Source: Saprospiraceae bacterium (GTDB taxonomy: Bacteria; Bacteroidota; Bacteroidia; Chitinophagales; Saprospiraceae). Taken from it: a stretch of 64,000 bases of DNA. Under the pieces are notes generated by a model. That model saw only the letters and a list, made by a program, of their open reading frames with translations. It made no database searches and was not told the origin of the DNA. The position numbers and the translations under genes are program-made. Location of the stretch: the NCBI GenBank assembly GCA_031426435.1, contig JANPLH010000612.1, positions 4,022 through 68,021 on the forward strand. Direction: 5' to 3'. Of the stretch, positions 53,721 to 62,313 are shown piece after piece; the first letter of the stretch is position 1; each line of letters begins with the position of its first letter.

Positions 53721-54387
53721 GATAATAGCCTTGTTTTGCATCTGCATTTTCTTTTGAAGGGTAAAACGCCCGCACGAAAAGCCCAACGCCGATAGCCAGT
53801 AGGGCCGCTCCCGCAATTTTTCGCATTAAAAGAATATTCTTGGGTTTGAGCCAACGCCGGATGTATTTGGCGAGGCCCACCTTGATAGTGTCCGTGAATA
53901 TAATGGTGCCGAACAGGCCGAGGTAGAAAAGCTGCGCCTGGTCCGGCTTCAGTGCCTGCTTCGTGAAAAGCGTGGCAGAAACGCCCAGCCAGAAGAAAAA
54001 GGTGAAGGGGTTGATGGTGTTGATGAGGAAGCCCGTCGTCAATAGCGACAGCACGGAGGAATGGCGCACGGCCTTTGGCTGTTGCAGTTTCTCTATCGGT
54101 GGTGGTTTTAGGAGCAACATGCTCCCTCCCACTATCAATAAAATGATGCCCCCAGCAATGCTCAGCCAGAACTCCAACCCCTCCCATTGCGCTAGCTTGA
54201 CCACGTAGGACACACCGAAAAACGTGACGGCCACAAATAGCAGGTCGCTAAACCAGATGCCCGCCGATACCATGATGCCCGCCCGGAAGCCCTGCTCGAT
54301 GCTCGTTTGCAACAGCGTAAAGATGATTGGCCCAGTGAGCACACTGAGCACGAGGCCGAGTTTTATACCGTTCCAAAAAAGCTCCAT
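53680..54387 (-). CDS. LysE family translocator
   Basis: The ATG at 54387 gives MELFWNGIKLGLVLSVLTGPIIFTLLQ. Six hydrophobic helices. The 3' end overlaps the ybjQ-like start by about 41 nt. Confidence 0.8.
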   Translation of the reverse strand: MELFWNGIKLGLVLSVLTGPIIFTLLQTSIEQGFRAGIMVSAGIWFSDLLFVAVTFFGVSYVVKLAQWEGLEFWLSIAGGIILLIVGGSMLLLKPPPIEKLQQPKAVRHSSVLSLLTTGFLINTINPFTFFFWLGVSATLFTKQALKPDQAQLFYLGLFGTIIFTDTIKVGLAKYIRRWLKPKNILLMRKIAGAALLAIGVGLFVRAFYPSKENADAKQGYYHVHDGLPPGQGSH

Positions 54388-54491
54388 GATGTGGAAGCCG
54401 GACGAGCCGAACTTCAAATTATTTTTTTTAAAATTTTTAATCAGCATGAATGCCAATTGGTTACTGACATTTCGGCCAAATCAACTGGCAG

Positions 54492-54902
54492 TCAAAAATA
54501 AACGGTCGCAACTAATTGACGCCTGCCCCCGTAATTTCGGAACTCGCAAAGATAGATGCCCTGCCAGGTACCGAGGTTCAGCCGCCCCTTCGTAATCGGG
54601 ATACTGACCGAACAACCTGCCAGCACCGATTTCACATGGGCGGGCATGTCGTCTGGCCCTTCGATGGTATGGGTGAGGAAGGGCAGGTTCTCTGGAACGA
54701 GTCGGTTGAAGAACCCCTCAAAATCAACCCTGACCGAAGGGTCGGCGTTTTCGTTGATGGTCAGCCCAGCGCTCGTGTGCTTGATGAACAGGTGCAACAG
54801 GCCTTCCGACGGAAAAGGCCCGGCTTGGCGAAGTACCTCCTCCGTAATCAGGTGGAAGCCACGGTGGTAAGCAGGAAGCGAGAACTCGATTTGTTTGACC
54901 AT
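54492..54902 (-). CDS. YjbQ/UPF0047 family (secondary thiamine-phosphate synthase enzyme)
   Basis: LHLFIKHTSAGLTINENADPSVRVD...THTIEGPDDMPAHVKS...LNLGTWQGIYLCEFR. Confidence 0.88.
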   Translation of the reverse strand: MVKQIEFSLPAYHRGFHLITEEVLRQAGPFPSEGLLHLFIKHTSAGLTINENADPSVRVDFEGFFNRLVPENLPFLTHTIEGPDDMPAHVKSVLAGCSVSIPITKGRLNLGTWQGIYLCEFRNYGGRRQLVATVYF

Positions 54903-55275
54903 GAATGAAAATGGCGTTGAGGCTTGGCAAAATTAGAAAGATTGGCGCTTTGGCCGTTTTTTTTTAACAGGCTTTGTTGAAGCTAAACCGTTGCAAGGGA
55001 AGGCATCGTGCCAATTTTAAGGGAAATATGCCAATTAAATTAATTTTAATTGGCATATTTTTCGCTAATCAATCCGCTCCAACCTGATAACGCTACAAAA
55101 CGCCTTGTTTTACTGGTATTATTAAAATTTCACATTATTTATTCTCGAAAAAAAATTTCGACTTTTTTTACCCCATTACTGGTTTCTTTGAAAAATTTAG
55201 TATTATTTTGGAGAAATTTTCCTCTCAGCATTCATTGTGAACAAGCTAAAACGAGAACACTAATCATGTAGATCA

Positions 55276-56847
55276 ATGCTGAAACAACAACTTACTCAAA
55301 AGTTACAACAGAAACTTTCGCCCCAGCAGATACAGCTGATGAAGCTATTGCAGATACCAACTGCGATACTTGACCAGCGAATCAAAGAAGAACTGGAAGC
55401 CAACCCAGCTCTCGAAGAAGGCGACCTCTTAGAGGAAGATTTCCTGGAAATGGGTCGTACCGAAGATGGTAAGACCGAAGATGATCAGAGCGAACGGGAA
55501 AGCGAAAGCGGAGAGAGCGAAAGCGATGGTGAAGTGGACGAACTGGAACGAGAAGAAGTCATGCCAGAGGAAGAAGTCTTGATTGACGACTACCTTAATG
55601 ATTATATGGACGATGACGAGGCCAGTTATAAATACCAAGCCGAAGGTAGCGGCCAGGAAGAGGAGAACAAAACCCTCCCTGTAGCTGTAGAAGACACCTT
55701 TCACGAATACCTCGAAACGCAAATTGGGATGCTCGACTTCAAGGAAGAGCGGGAGCGCATCATTGCAAGGCAAATCGTCGGTAGTATTGATGACGACGGC
55801 TACCTGCGCCGTGAGACCGATGCCATCCTCGATGACCTCGTGTTTTCGCAAAACGTGAGCGCAAGGGCCGAAGAAATCGAATATTGGCTTGCCAAAATCC
55901 AGCGCTTCGACCCGCCGGGCGTGGGTGCCCGCAACTTGCAGGAAAGCCTTTTGCTCCAAATCGAGCACAAGATGACCAGGTCGGAGACCTCCTACGACGA
56001 GAAGCTCATCTTGGCCATTTCCCGCAAAATCATTGCGACCTACTTCGACGAGTTCACCAAGAAACATTATCCAAGGCTCCAGCGTCAGCTCAACCTCACC
56101 GAAGAGGAACTGAAGGAGGCCATTGACGAAATACTCAAGCTGAACCCGAAGCCTGCCAGCGGCCACGTATCCAACAGCCGCAGCACGCAGTACATTGTGC
56201 CGGACTTCATCATCATCAACAATGATGGCGAATTGGAGCTTTCACTCAACTCCCGCAATGCGCCTGACCTCCATATCAACAACCACTACCGTGACATGCT
56301 GCGCTCCTATAAGCACACCGTGAACGGCCGGCGGGCAACCAACAAGGAAAAAGAGGCCATCCTGTTCATCAAGCAGAAGATTGACAGCGCCAAATGGTTC
56401 ATTGATGCCATTCGGCAGCGGCAGCAGACGATGTTCAATACGATGTACGCCATCATGAACTATCAATACGAGTACTTTGCCAGCGGCGACCAAAAGCGCC
56501 TCCGCCCAATGATTTTGAAGGACATCGCTGACATTACCGGATTGGACATCTCGACCGTTTCACGGGTCGCCAACAGCAAGTTTGTGCAGACGGAATTCGG
56601 TACCAAGCGCCTCAAGGATTTCTTCTCGGAGAGCCTCCAGACGCAGGACGGAGAGGAAGTTTCCACTTTGGAAGTGAAGAAAATACTCACCGACATCATC
56701 AGTGCGGAGAACAAACGCAAACCGCTCTCCGACGAGAAATTGAAGAGCATGTTGATGAAAAAGGGCTACAACATCGCCCGCCGAACTGTGGCCAAGTACC
56801 GTGAGCAATTGAACATCTCGGTAGCGAGGTTACGGAAGGAGCTGTAA
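55276..56847 (+). CDS. rpoN: RNA polymerase sigma-54 factor
   Basis: N-terminal LQQKLSPQQIQLMKLLQ, an acidic region, a C-terminal HTH, and the RpoN box ARRTVAKYRE. Confidence 0.95.
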   Translation: MLKQQLTQKLQQKLSPQQIQLMKLLQIPTAILDQRIKEELEANPALEEGDLLEEDFLEMGRTEDGKTEDDQSERESESGESESDGEVDELEREEVMPEEEVLIDDYLNDYMDDDEASYKYQAEGSGQEEENKTLPVAVEDTFHEYLETQIGMLDFKEERERIIARQIVGSIDDDGYLRRETDAILDDLVFSQNVSARAEEIEYWLAKIQRFDPPGVGARNLQESLLLQIEHKMTRSETSYDEKLILAISRKIIATYFDEFTKKHYPRLQRQLNLTEEELKEAIDEILKLNPKPASGHVSNSRSTQYIVPDFIIINNDGELELSLNSRNAPDLHINNHYRDMLRSYKHTVNGRRATNKEKEAILFIKQKIDSAKWFIDAIRQRQQTMFNTMYAIMNYQYEYFASGDQKRLRPMILKDIADITGLDISTVSRVANSKFVQTEFGTKRLKDFFSESLQTQDGEEVSTLEVKKILTDIISAENKRKPLSDEKLKSMLMKKGYNIARRTVAKYREQLNISVARLRKEL

Positions 56848-56874
56848 ATCAACAGCTTACGATATTAACAAAAA

Positions 56875-56908
56875 GGGCTTCTCCAGCGATGGGGAGGCCC
56901 TTTTTGTT
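56875..56908 (+). terminator. Intrinsic terminator after rpoN
   Basis: GGGCTTCTCC-AGCGAT-GGGGAGGCCC (10 bp including 2 G-U pairs) followed by TTTTTGTTTG. It is preceded by AAAAA, so it may act in both directions. Confidence 0.75.
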
Positions 56909-57171
56909 TGAAGACAAGCCAAGAATTAAAAATGAAGAATGGATTGACTTTGGAGTTTTGTTTCAATTTTTTGACCTTTTTTGTGCTGAACCGCAAAAAA
57001 TTCAGATTTTTTGAAAAAAAATCCAAAAACTATTGCTTTTCCACTAAAAATGATTTTACCTTAGCGTCCAGAAAGTAAGAGTAGTTTTTACACCAAGCTA
57101 AAATTTTCACAGAGGCTGTCAAAAGCCTCGTCGAATCAAGATAAATAATTTGGTTTTATTTGGTTAGGGCT

Positions 57172-57207
57172 GAGGTAGTGCTGCAAGAGCGCTGCCTCTT
57201 TTTTTTT
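57172..57207 (+). terminator. Orphan intrinsic terminator in a gene-free spacer (possible 3' end of a small RNA or small-peptide transcript)
   Basis: GAGGTAGTGC-TGCAAGA-GCGCTGCCTC (10 bp including 2 G-U pairs) followed by nine T. No ORF of 60 aa or more lies between 56848 and 57505. Confidence 0.6.
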
Positions 57208-57508
57208 GCCAAAAGCAAAGAACACAAAGCCATGTTGTATTATTTGAGGCTCATTCCAATAGGCTGCTTTTAACGCTATCCATGCAGCTTTTTCAATTTT
57301 CCATAAATTTTTTTATAAAAATTCTGTACCTACCCGACAAGTTTCACGTCAAAAACATAAAATCCCCGCCGTAAGAAGTTAATTTTCCTATTTTCGTGCA
57401 GGACTTTCAAAGTTGTTTTCAATACAACTCATTGATAACCAATATTTTAGGCAACAAACTTGACGATTAAAGTGTGTTGTCAATAGGAAAATCGCACTTG
57501 CCAGTTTG

Positions 57509-58081
57509 ATGGAAACAGAGTACATTTCCACGGAACAGGACATAGACTTGATTAGAAGTTACCTTGCTACGAAGGACGCAAGGCACTTCACACAGCTATA
57601 CCGGAGGTATTCAGGTAAGGTATACGGTAAGTGTATATCACTGCTGCGGGAAGAGCATTTGGCAAGGGACGCCGCACAGGACATTTTCATGAAGATTTTC
57701 CTCAACCTCGGTCAATTTGGCGAACAAGCCAAGTTCTCAACTTGGGTCTATTCCATCACCTACAATTACTGTATAGATGTATTGAGGAAAAAGAAAAAGA
57801 CCGGCGACATCTTCTCCGATGACATGGAACGTCTCCCCGACATGGTGGAAGAAGTACACGACGAAGCGCTTTTGACCATGCGATCTGACCGATTGCGAGT
57901 GGTTTTGGAGAATATTCCCGTTGGCGACAAGGCCATCTTGTTGATGAAATATCAGGATGACCTTCAAATAAAAGAGATAGCCGACATGCTCCATAAGACC
58001 GAAAGTGCCATAAAAATGAAAATAAAACGGGCCAAGCACAAGGCCCAAATGATTTACGATGAACTATTTCCCGATGATTAA
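57509..58081 (+). CDS. ECF-type sigma-70 family RNA polymerase sigma factor
   Basis: Region 2 is FTQLYRRYSGKVYGKCISLL...DAAQDIFMKIF...FSTWVYSITYNYCID and region 4 is LQIKEIADMLHKTESAIKMKIKRAK. The ATG at 57509 follows the track's TTG. Confidence 0.88.
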   Translation: METEYISTEQDIDLIRSYLATKDARHFTQLYRRYSGKVYGKCISLLREEHLARDAAQDIFMKIFLNLGQFGEQAKFSTWVYSITYNYCIDVLRKKKKTGDIFSDDMERLPDMVEEVHDEALLTMRSDRLRVVLENIPVGDKAILLMKYQDDLQIKEIADMLHKTESAIKMKIKRAKHKAQMIYDELFPDD

Positions 58082-58107
58082 TTAAGGACCAATCGAATAA
58101 AATAGTC

Positions 58108-58410
58108 ATGAGCACCGCAAACAGTTTCAAGCAGATCATGGAGGAGGATGCGCTGATGTATCCGACCCCACCCGAAATCGAGGAGCACGTCCTCGGTAGC
58201 TTGCAGATTTTGTCCATGATGGGGCAGGCCATGGAACTGTACATCCCCAAGGTGTTCGAGATGTTCATCCTCACCTTGGGAGGCACGGTCAAGGAACTGG
58301 ACACGGTGGTTAAAAACGAACTGCCAGAAGCCACTCCAGACCCCGATTCGGATAACACCACGCCTGGCATGGCCGGTACCCACTCGCCCGACGAAGACCT
58401 GAAGGACTAA
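58108..58410 (+). CDS. Small acidic hypothetical protein downstream of the ECF sigma factor
   Basis: 100 aa with an ATG start, 27 nt after the sigma gene. It has no zf-HC2 motif and no clear TM helix, so it is not a canonical anti-sigma factor. Confidence 0.5.
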   Translation: MSTANSFKQIMEEDALMYPTPPEIEEHVLGSLQILSMMGQAMELYIPKVFEMFILTLGGTVKELDTVVKNELPEATPDPDSDNTTPGMAGTHSPDEDLKD

Positions 58411-58481
58411 ATAAGGCAGCCCCTTTTCACGATTTCTTTAACTTTGACACTCCACAAACAACGGAAAACAAGGCATACATC

Positions 58482-59303
58482 ATGGATATAGTTGAAATAG
58501 TCAAACCCGTACTCACCAGGTTTCTCGGAGCAATCCCTAACGTCATTGGAGCAATCGTAGTCATCCTCGTAGGTTGGATGCTGGCCAAGGTAGTTTCCAA
58601 GGCACTTCAAAAAGTGTTTGAAAGCATCAAAGTAGATAGGTTCGGCGAGAAAATCAACGAGACGGAGTTCGCCACCAAGGCCAACTTCAAGGTAAAACTT
58701 AGCGCCTTTCTTTCCAAATTGGTCTATTACCTGCTGATGCTCGTATTCATCATGGCAGCTACCGACGTGTTGGGCATGCCCATCGTTTCGCAGATGGTCA
58801 GCGACCTGATCACCTATTTGCCCCGTCTGTTGAGTGCGCTGGTGCTATTTGTACTGGGCATTTATTTGGCGGAGTTCGTGAAAAACATCGTGCTTACCAC
58901 CACAAGCGCCCTCGGCATTTCCTCCGGCAAAATCATCGCAAACTTCGTCTTCTATTTGATTTTCCTCACGCTTACCATCAGCGCCTTGGCGCAGGCCAGC
59001 ATTGAAACCTCGCTGATAACCTCCAACCTGACCGTCATCCTCGGCGGTGTCATACTGGCTTTTTCCATCGGCTACGGCTTTGCTTCCAAAGATACAATGG
59101 CCAATTTCCTCGCATCATTTTACAGCAAGAACAAGGTCAAGGTCGGCGACTATATCCAAGTGGACGGCTCCAAGGGACGGGTCATTGCCATTGACAGTAC
59201 CTCCATTACGCTACAAGGAGAGGGAAAAATAATTGTGATACCTTTAATGAAACTTACGTCTGACAAGGTGGAAATTTTTTCCAACGAAAGGCAGATTAGC
59301 TAA
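58482..59303 (+). CDS. MscS-like / conserved-TM-helix-repeat mechanosensitive channel family protein
   Basis: 273 aa with four or five TM helices, then VKVGDYIQVDGSKGRVIAIDSTSITLQ, a beta-domain typical of MscS-type channels. Confidence 0.55.
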   Translation: MDIVEIVKPVLTRFLGAIPNVIGAIVVILVGWMLAKVVSKALQKVFESIKVDRFGEKINETEFATKANFKVKLSAFLSKLVYYLLMLVFIMAATDVLGMPIVSQMVSDLITYLPRLLSALVLFVLGIYLAEFVKNIVLTTTSALGISSGKIIANFVFYLIFLTLTISALAQASIETSLITSNLTVILGGVILAFSIGYGFASKDTMANFLASFYSKNKVKVGDYIQVDGSKGRVIAIDSTSITLQGEGKIIVIPLMKLTSDKVEIFSNERQIS

Positions 59304-59370
59304 TAAAGCATTTTTTTATGTTTATGCCTTGTTAAAATCAACTTTCGTCAATAAAAAATGATACCGAATC

Positions 59371-60327
59371 ATGACAAAAAAGCTTTTACTCTCCACCCTT
59401 GCGCTCGTCGCTATTTGTTTTGCCGTGCAAGCACAATCCGTTGAGGAAATGACGGCAACAAAGGCCGCCAAAGAAAAAGAACTTAGTGCTTTGGAAGCCC
59501 AATTGGCCGACTTGACAGGCAAAGTAGGCGCCCTCAAAGGAGAGGTTACAGACCTGACAGACAAGCTGACCCCCTACCCACGCTGGGATGTTGGGGCGCT
59601 CGGCAATCTGGGCCTGAACTTCGCCGGTTTCAACAGTTGGTTTTCCAAAGGCTCTCCAAACACCCGTGCCGTCAACATCGGCTTCTCTGGAAATGCCTTC
59701 GCAAACCTTGACCAGAAAAAATACTTCTGGCGCAACGGCACCAATCTCACATTGGCTTGGCTCAAATTCGATGATGTTGACAACAAGGACGACAATGGCG
59801 ACTTTCAGGTAGCCGCCGACGCCTTCAACGTCACCTCTCTGTTTGGCTACAAACTCTCAGAAAAATTTGCCATATCCACCTTGGGCGAGTACCGTACTTC
59901 GATATTGGACGGCAAGTTCAACAACCCCGGCTACCTTGACATTGGGGCAGGAGCAACTTGGACGCCCGTTACCGACCTCGTCGTGGTGGTCCACCCGCTG
60001 AACTACAATTTTGTATTCTCCAACAGCGATGGTTATGACTATCAAAGTTCGCTCGGCTGCAAAATCCTGGCTGACTACAAGCGCCAGCTCACCAAGGGCA
60101 TTGCATGGAAATCGAACCTTTCCGCCTTCTTTAGCTATGAAGGGAGTAACCTTCATAACTGGACTTGGGTCAACGGCCTAACCACCGCCGTCCGGGGCAT
60201 CGGTATCGGCTTGGATTTTGGTTTGCGCAGCAACAAACAGGAAGCACTGGCTGCTGGCAAATCGGATAACCCGCTCCAGACTTATTACATCTTAGGCTTC
60301 TCCTATGCCCTTGGCACGAAGAAGTAA
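59371..60327 (+). CDS. Outer-membrane beta-barrel-like protein (DUF3078-like) with N-terminal coiled coil
   Basis: Signal peptide, coiled coil (KEKELSALEAQLADLTGKVGALKGEV), then alternating beta-strand pattern and an aromatic-rich C-terminus. Confidence 0.5.
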   Translation: MTKKLLLSTLALVAICFAVQAQSVEEMTATKAAKEKELSALEAQLADLTGKVGALKGEVTDLTDKLTPYPRWDVGALGNLGLNFAGFNSWFSKGSPNTRAVNIGFSGNAFANLDQKKYFWRNGTNLTLAWLKFDDVDNKDDNGDFQVAADAFNVTSLFGYKLSEKFAISTLGEYRTSILDGKFNNPGYLDIGAGATWTPVTDLVVVVHPLNYNFVFSNSDGYDYQSSLGCKILADYKRQLTKGIAWKSNLSAFFSYEGSNLHNWTWVNGLTTAVRGIGIGLDFGLRSNKQEALAAGKSDNPLQTYYILGFSYALGTKK

Positions 60328-60399
60328 TTTGGGTTGGTTTTGGATAAAAAGAGAGCGGGCTGCCTGTGTTCAGGTATCCCGTTCTTTTTTTGATTGACT

Positions 60400-62214
60400 T
60401 CAAAACGATTGCAACTCCACCAACTTCTCATACTCTCCGCCCCGCTGCATCAATATGTTGTGTGAGCCTTGCTCAATGATGCGGCCGTCTTTCATCACAA
60501 CGATTTCGTCTGCGTGCTGCACCGTGCTCAGGCGGTGAGCGATGACGATGCTCGTCCGGTTTTTCATCAGCACGTCGAGGGCATCCTGCACCAGCCGCTC
60601 CGACTCGGAGTCGAGGGCGGAAGTGGCTTCGTCGAGGATGAGGATGGGCGGGTTGGCGAGTACGGCACGGGCGAGGGTGAGGCGCTGGCGCTGGCCGCCA
60701 CTGAGCTTCACGCCCCGGTCGCCGATATTGGTCTGGTAGCCATCGGGAGTGGCAAGGATGAAGTCATGGGCATGGGCGATGCGGGCGGCCTGCTCAACAG
60801 CCTCGTCGGTGACGCCCTCAATCCCGAAGGCGATATTGTTGAAAATACTGTCGTTGAACAGCACCGGCTCCTGTGTCACGATGCCCATCAGCGAGCGAAG
60901 GTCTCGCAGGCGGTAGTCCTTGATGTTCGTGCCGTCCAATAAAATCTCGCCGCTGGTCACGTCGAAGAAGCGGGGAAGCAGGTCGGCGAGGGTGCTCTTC
61001 CCAGCGCCGGATGGCCCCACGAGCGCCACGATTTTTCCTTTCTGAATGGTCAGGTTGATGCCTTCCACAGCGTGTCGGTTGCTGTTTGCGTAAGCGAAAC
61101 CGACATTGCGCAGCTCGATTTTATCCTCAAAAGCAGTGATGGGCCTGGCGTCCGGTTTTTCTACAATCCGCAAATCGGCCTGCCGGATGCTGTCTATGCG
61201 CTCCACGGCGGCCATGCCTTTTTGCACGTTGTAAAATGCGGCTGCGAACTTCTTGGAGGGTTCAATCATGCTGAAAAAAGCCAACAACAAGGCGAAGAAG
61301 GTGGGTACGGTGAGCAGCCCCTTGTCCACCTCGTTGTACCCGTACCAGATGAGCACGGCCACCGTGGCCACACCAAGGAACTCGGTGAGCGGCGACGAGA
61401 GATCACGCCGCCAAAGCAGCCGCACCAGCAGCCGTCGGTACTCGTTGTTTTCCCTTCGGAAATGGGCGGACTGGAACGGCTCGGCGTTGAAACCCTTGAT
61501 GATACGCAGCCCGCCGATGCCCTCTTCCATCATCGAGAGCAGCCCGCCCAGCCGCTCCTGCACCAGCCTCGACTGCCGCTTTAGCAGCTTGCCCACCCGC
61601 CCGATGACCAGTCCCGTAAAGGCCAGCAACACCAATACGAACAGCGTCATGCTCGGACTCACATAGACCATGAAACCGAATGCCCCGATGATCAGCATCG
61701 GCTCCCGGATGATGCTCTCCAGCACATTGAGGATGCTGGATTCGACCTCCTGCACGTCCACGGACATGCGGGCCAGCAAGTCGCCCTTTCTTTCCTCCGA
61801 AAAATAGGCCAGTGGCAAGGCCAGCATTTTATCGTAAAGCTCCTGCCGGATGTCCCGCACCACGCCATTGCGCACGGGCGAAAGGAAGAACTGTGAGAAG
61901 TAGCGGAAAATATTTTTGAAAAAATATAGCACCAGAATCAGCCCAAGGGCATAGGCAAGGGCTGTCCGCTTGCCTTTTTCAGCGATGATTTGGCTAAGGT
62001 AAAAATTGACGTGCTCCTTCGCATTGTCCAGTGTAAAACTGTCCGGCACCTCCGTCACCAGCGGCTGCTGGTCGAGCAGGATGTTGAGGAAGGGGATGAT
62101 GGCCGGGATGCTCACCACCGAGAACGCAACCATGAGCAGGTTGCACAGGATGTTACCCACAAGCAGGGGCTTGTAGTTGCGCAGGGGGGAAAGTAGGCGG
62201 AAAAATGGTTGCAT
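60400..62214 (-). CDS. ABC transporter permease/ATP-binding fusion (MsbA-like exporter)
   Basis: 604 aa with six N-terminal TM helices. Walker A GPSGAGKST, signature LSGGQRQR, and Walker B ILILDEATSALD. Confidence 0.92.
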   Translation of the reverse strand: MQPFFRLLSPLRNYKPLLVGNILCNLLMVAFSVVSIPAIIPFLNILLDQQPLVTEVPDSFTLDNAKEHVNFYLSQIIAEKGKRTALAYALGLILVLYFFKNIFRYFSQFFLSPVRNGVVRDIRQELYDKMLALPLAYFSEERKGDLLARMSVDVQEVESSILNVLESIIREPMLIIGAFGFMVYVSPSMTLFVLVLLAFTGLVIGRVGKLLKRQSRLVQERLGGLLSMMEEGIGGLRIIKGFNAEPFQSAHFRRENNEYRRLLVRLLWRRDLSSPLTEFLGVATVAVLIWYGYNEVDKGLLTVPTFFALLLAFFSMIEPSKKFAAAFYNVQKGMAAVERIDSIRQADLRIVEKPDARPITAFEDKIELRNVGFAYANSNRHAVEGINLTIQKGKIVALVGPSGAGKSTLADLLPRFFDVTSGEILLDGTNIKDYRLRDLRSLMGIVTQEPVLFNDSIFNNIAFGIEGVTDEAVEQAARIAHAHDFILATPDGYQTNIGDRGVKLSGGQRQRLTLARAVLANPPILILDEATSALDSESERLVQDALDVLMKNRTSIVIAHRLSTVQHADEIVVMKDGRIIEQGSHNILMQRGGEYEKLVELQSF

Positions 62215-62313
62215 TTAAAAAGGTAGGCCTGTGGTTGCCGATAGCCGATAGAGGCTGTCGGTTTTTCGGCGAAATAACGCCATTCTTTTCAATCAAGTGT
62301 ATCTATCCTATTA

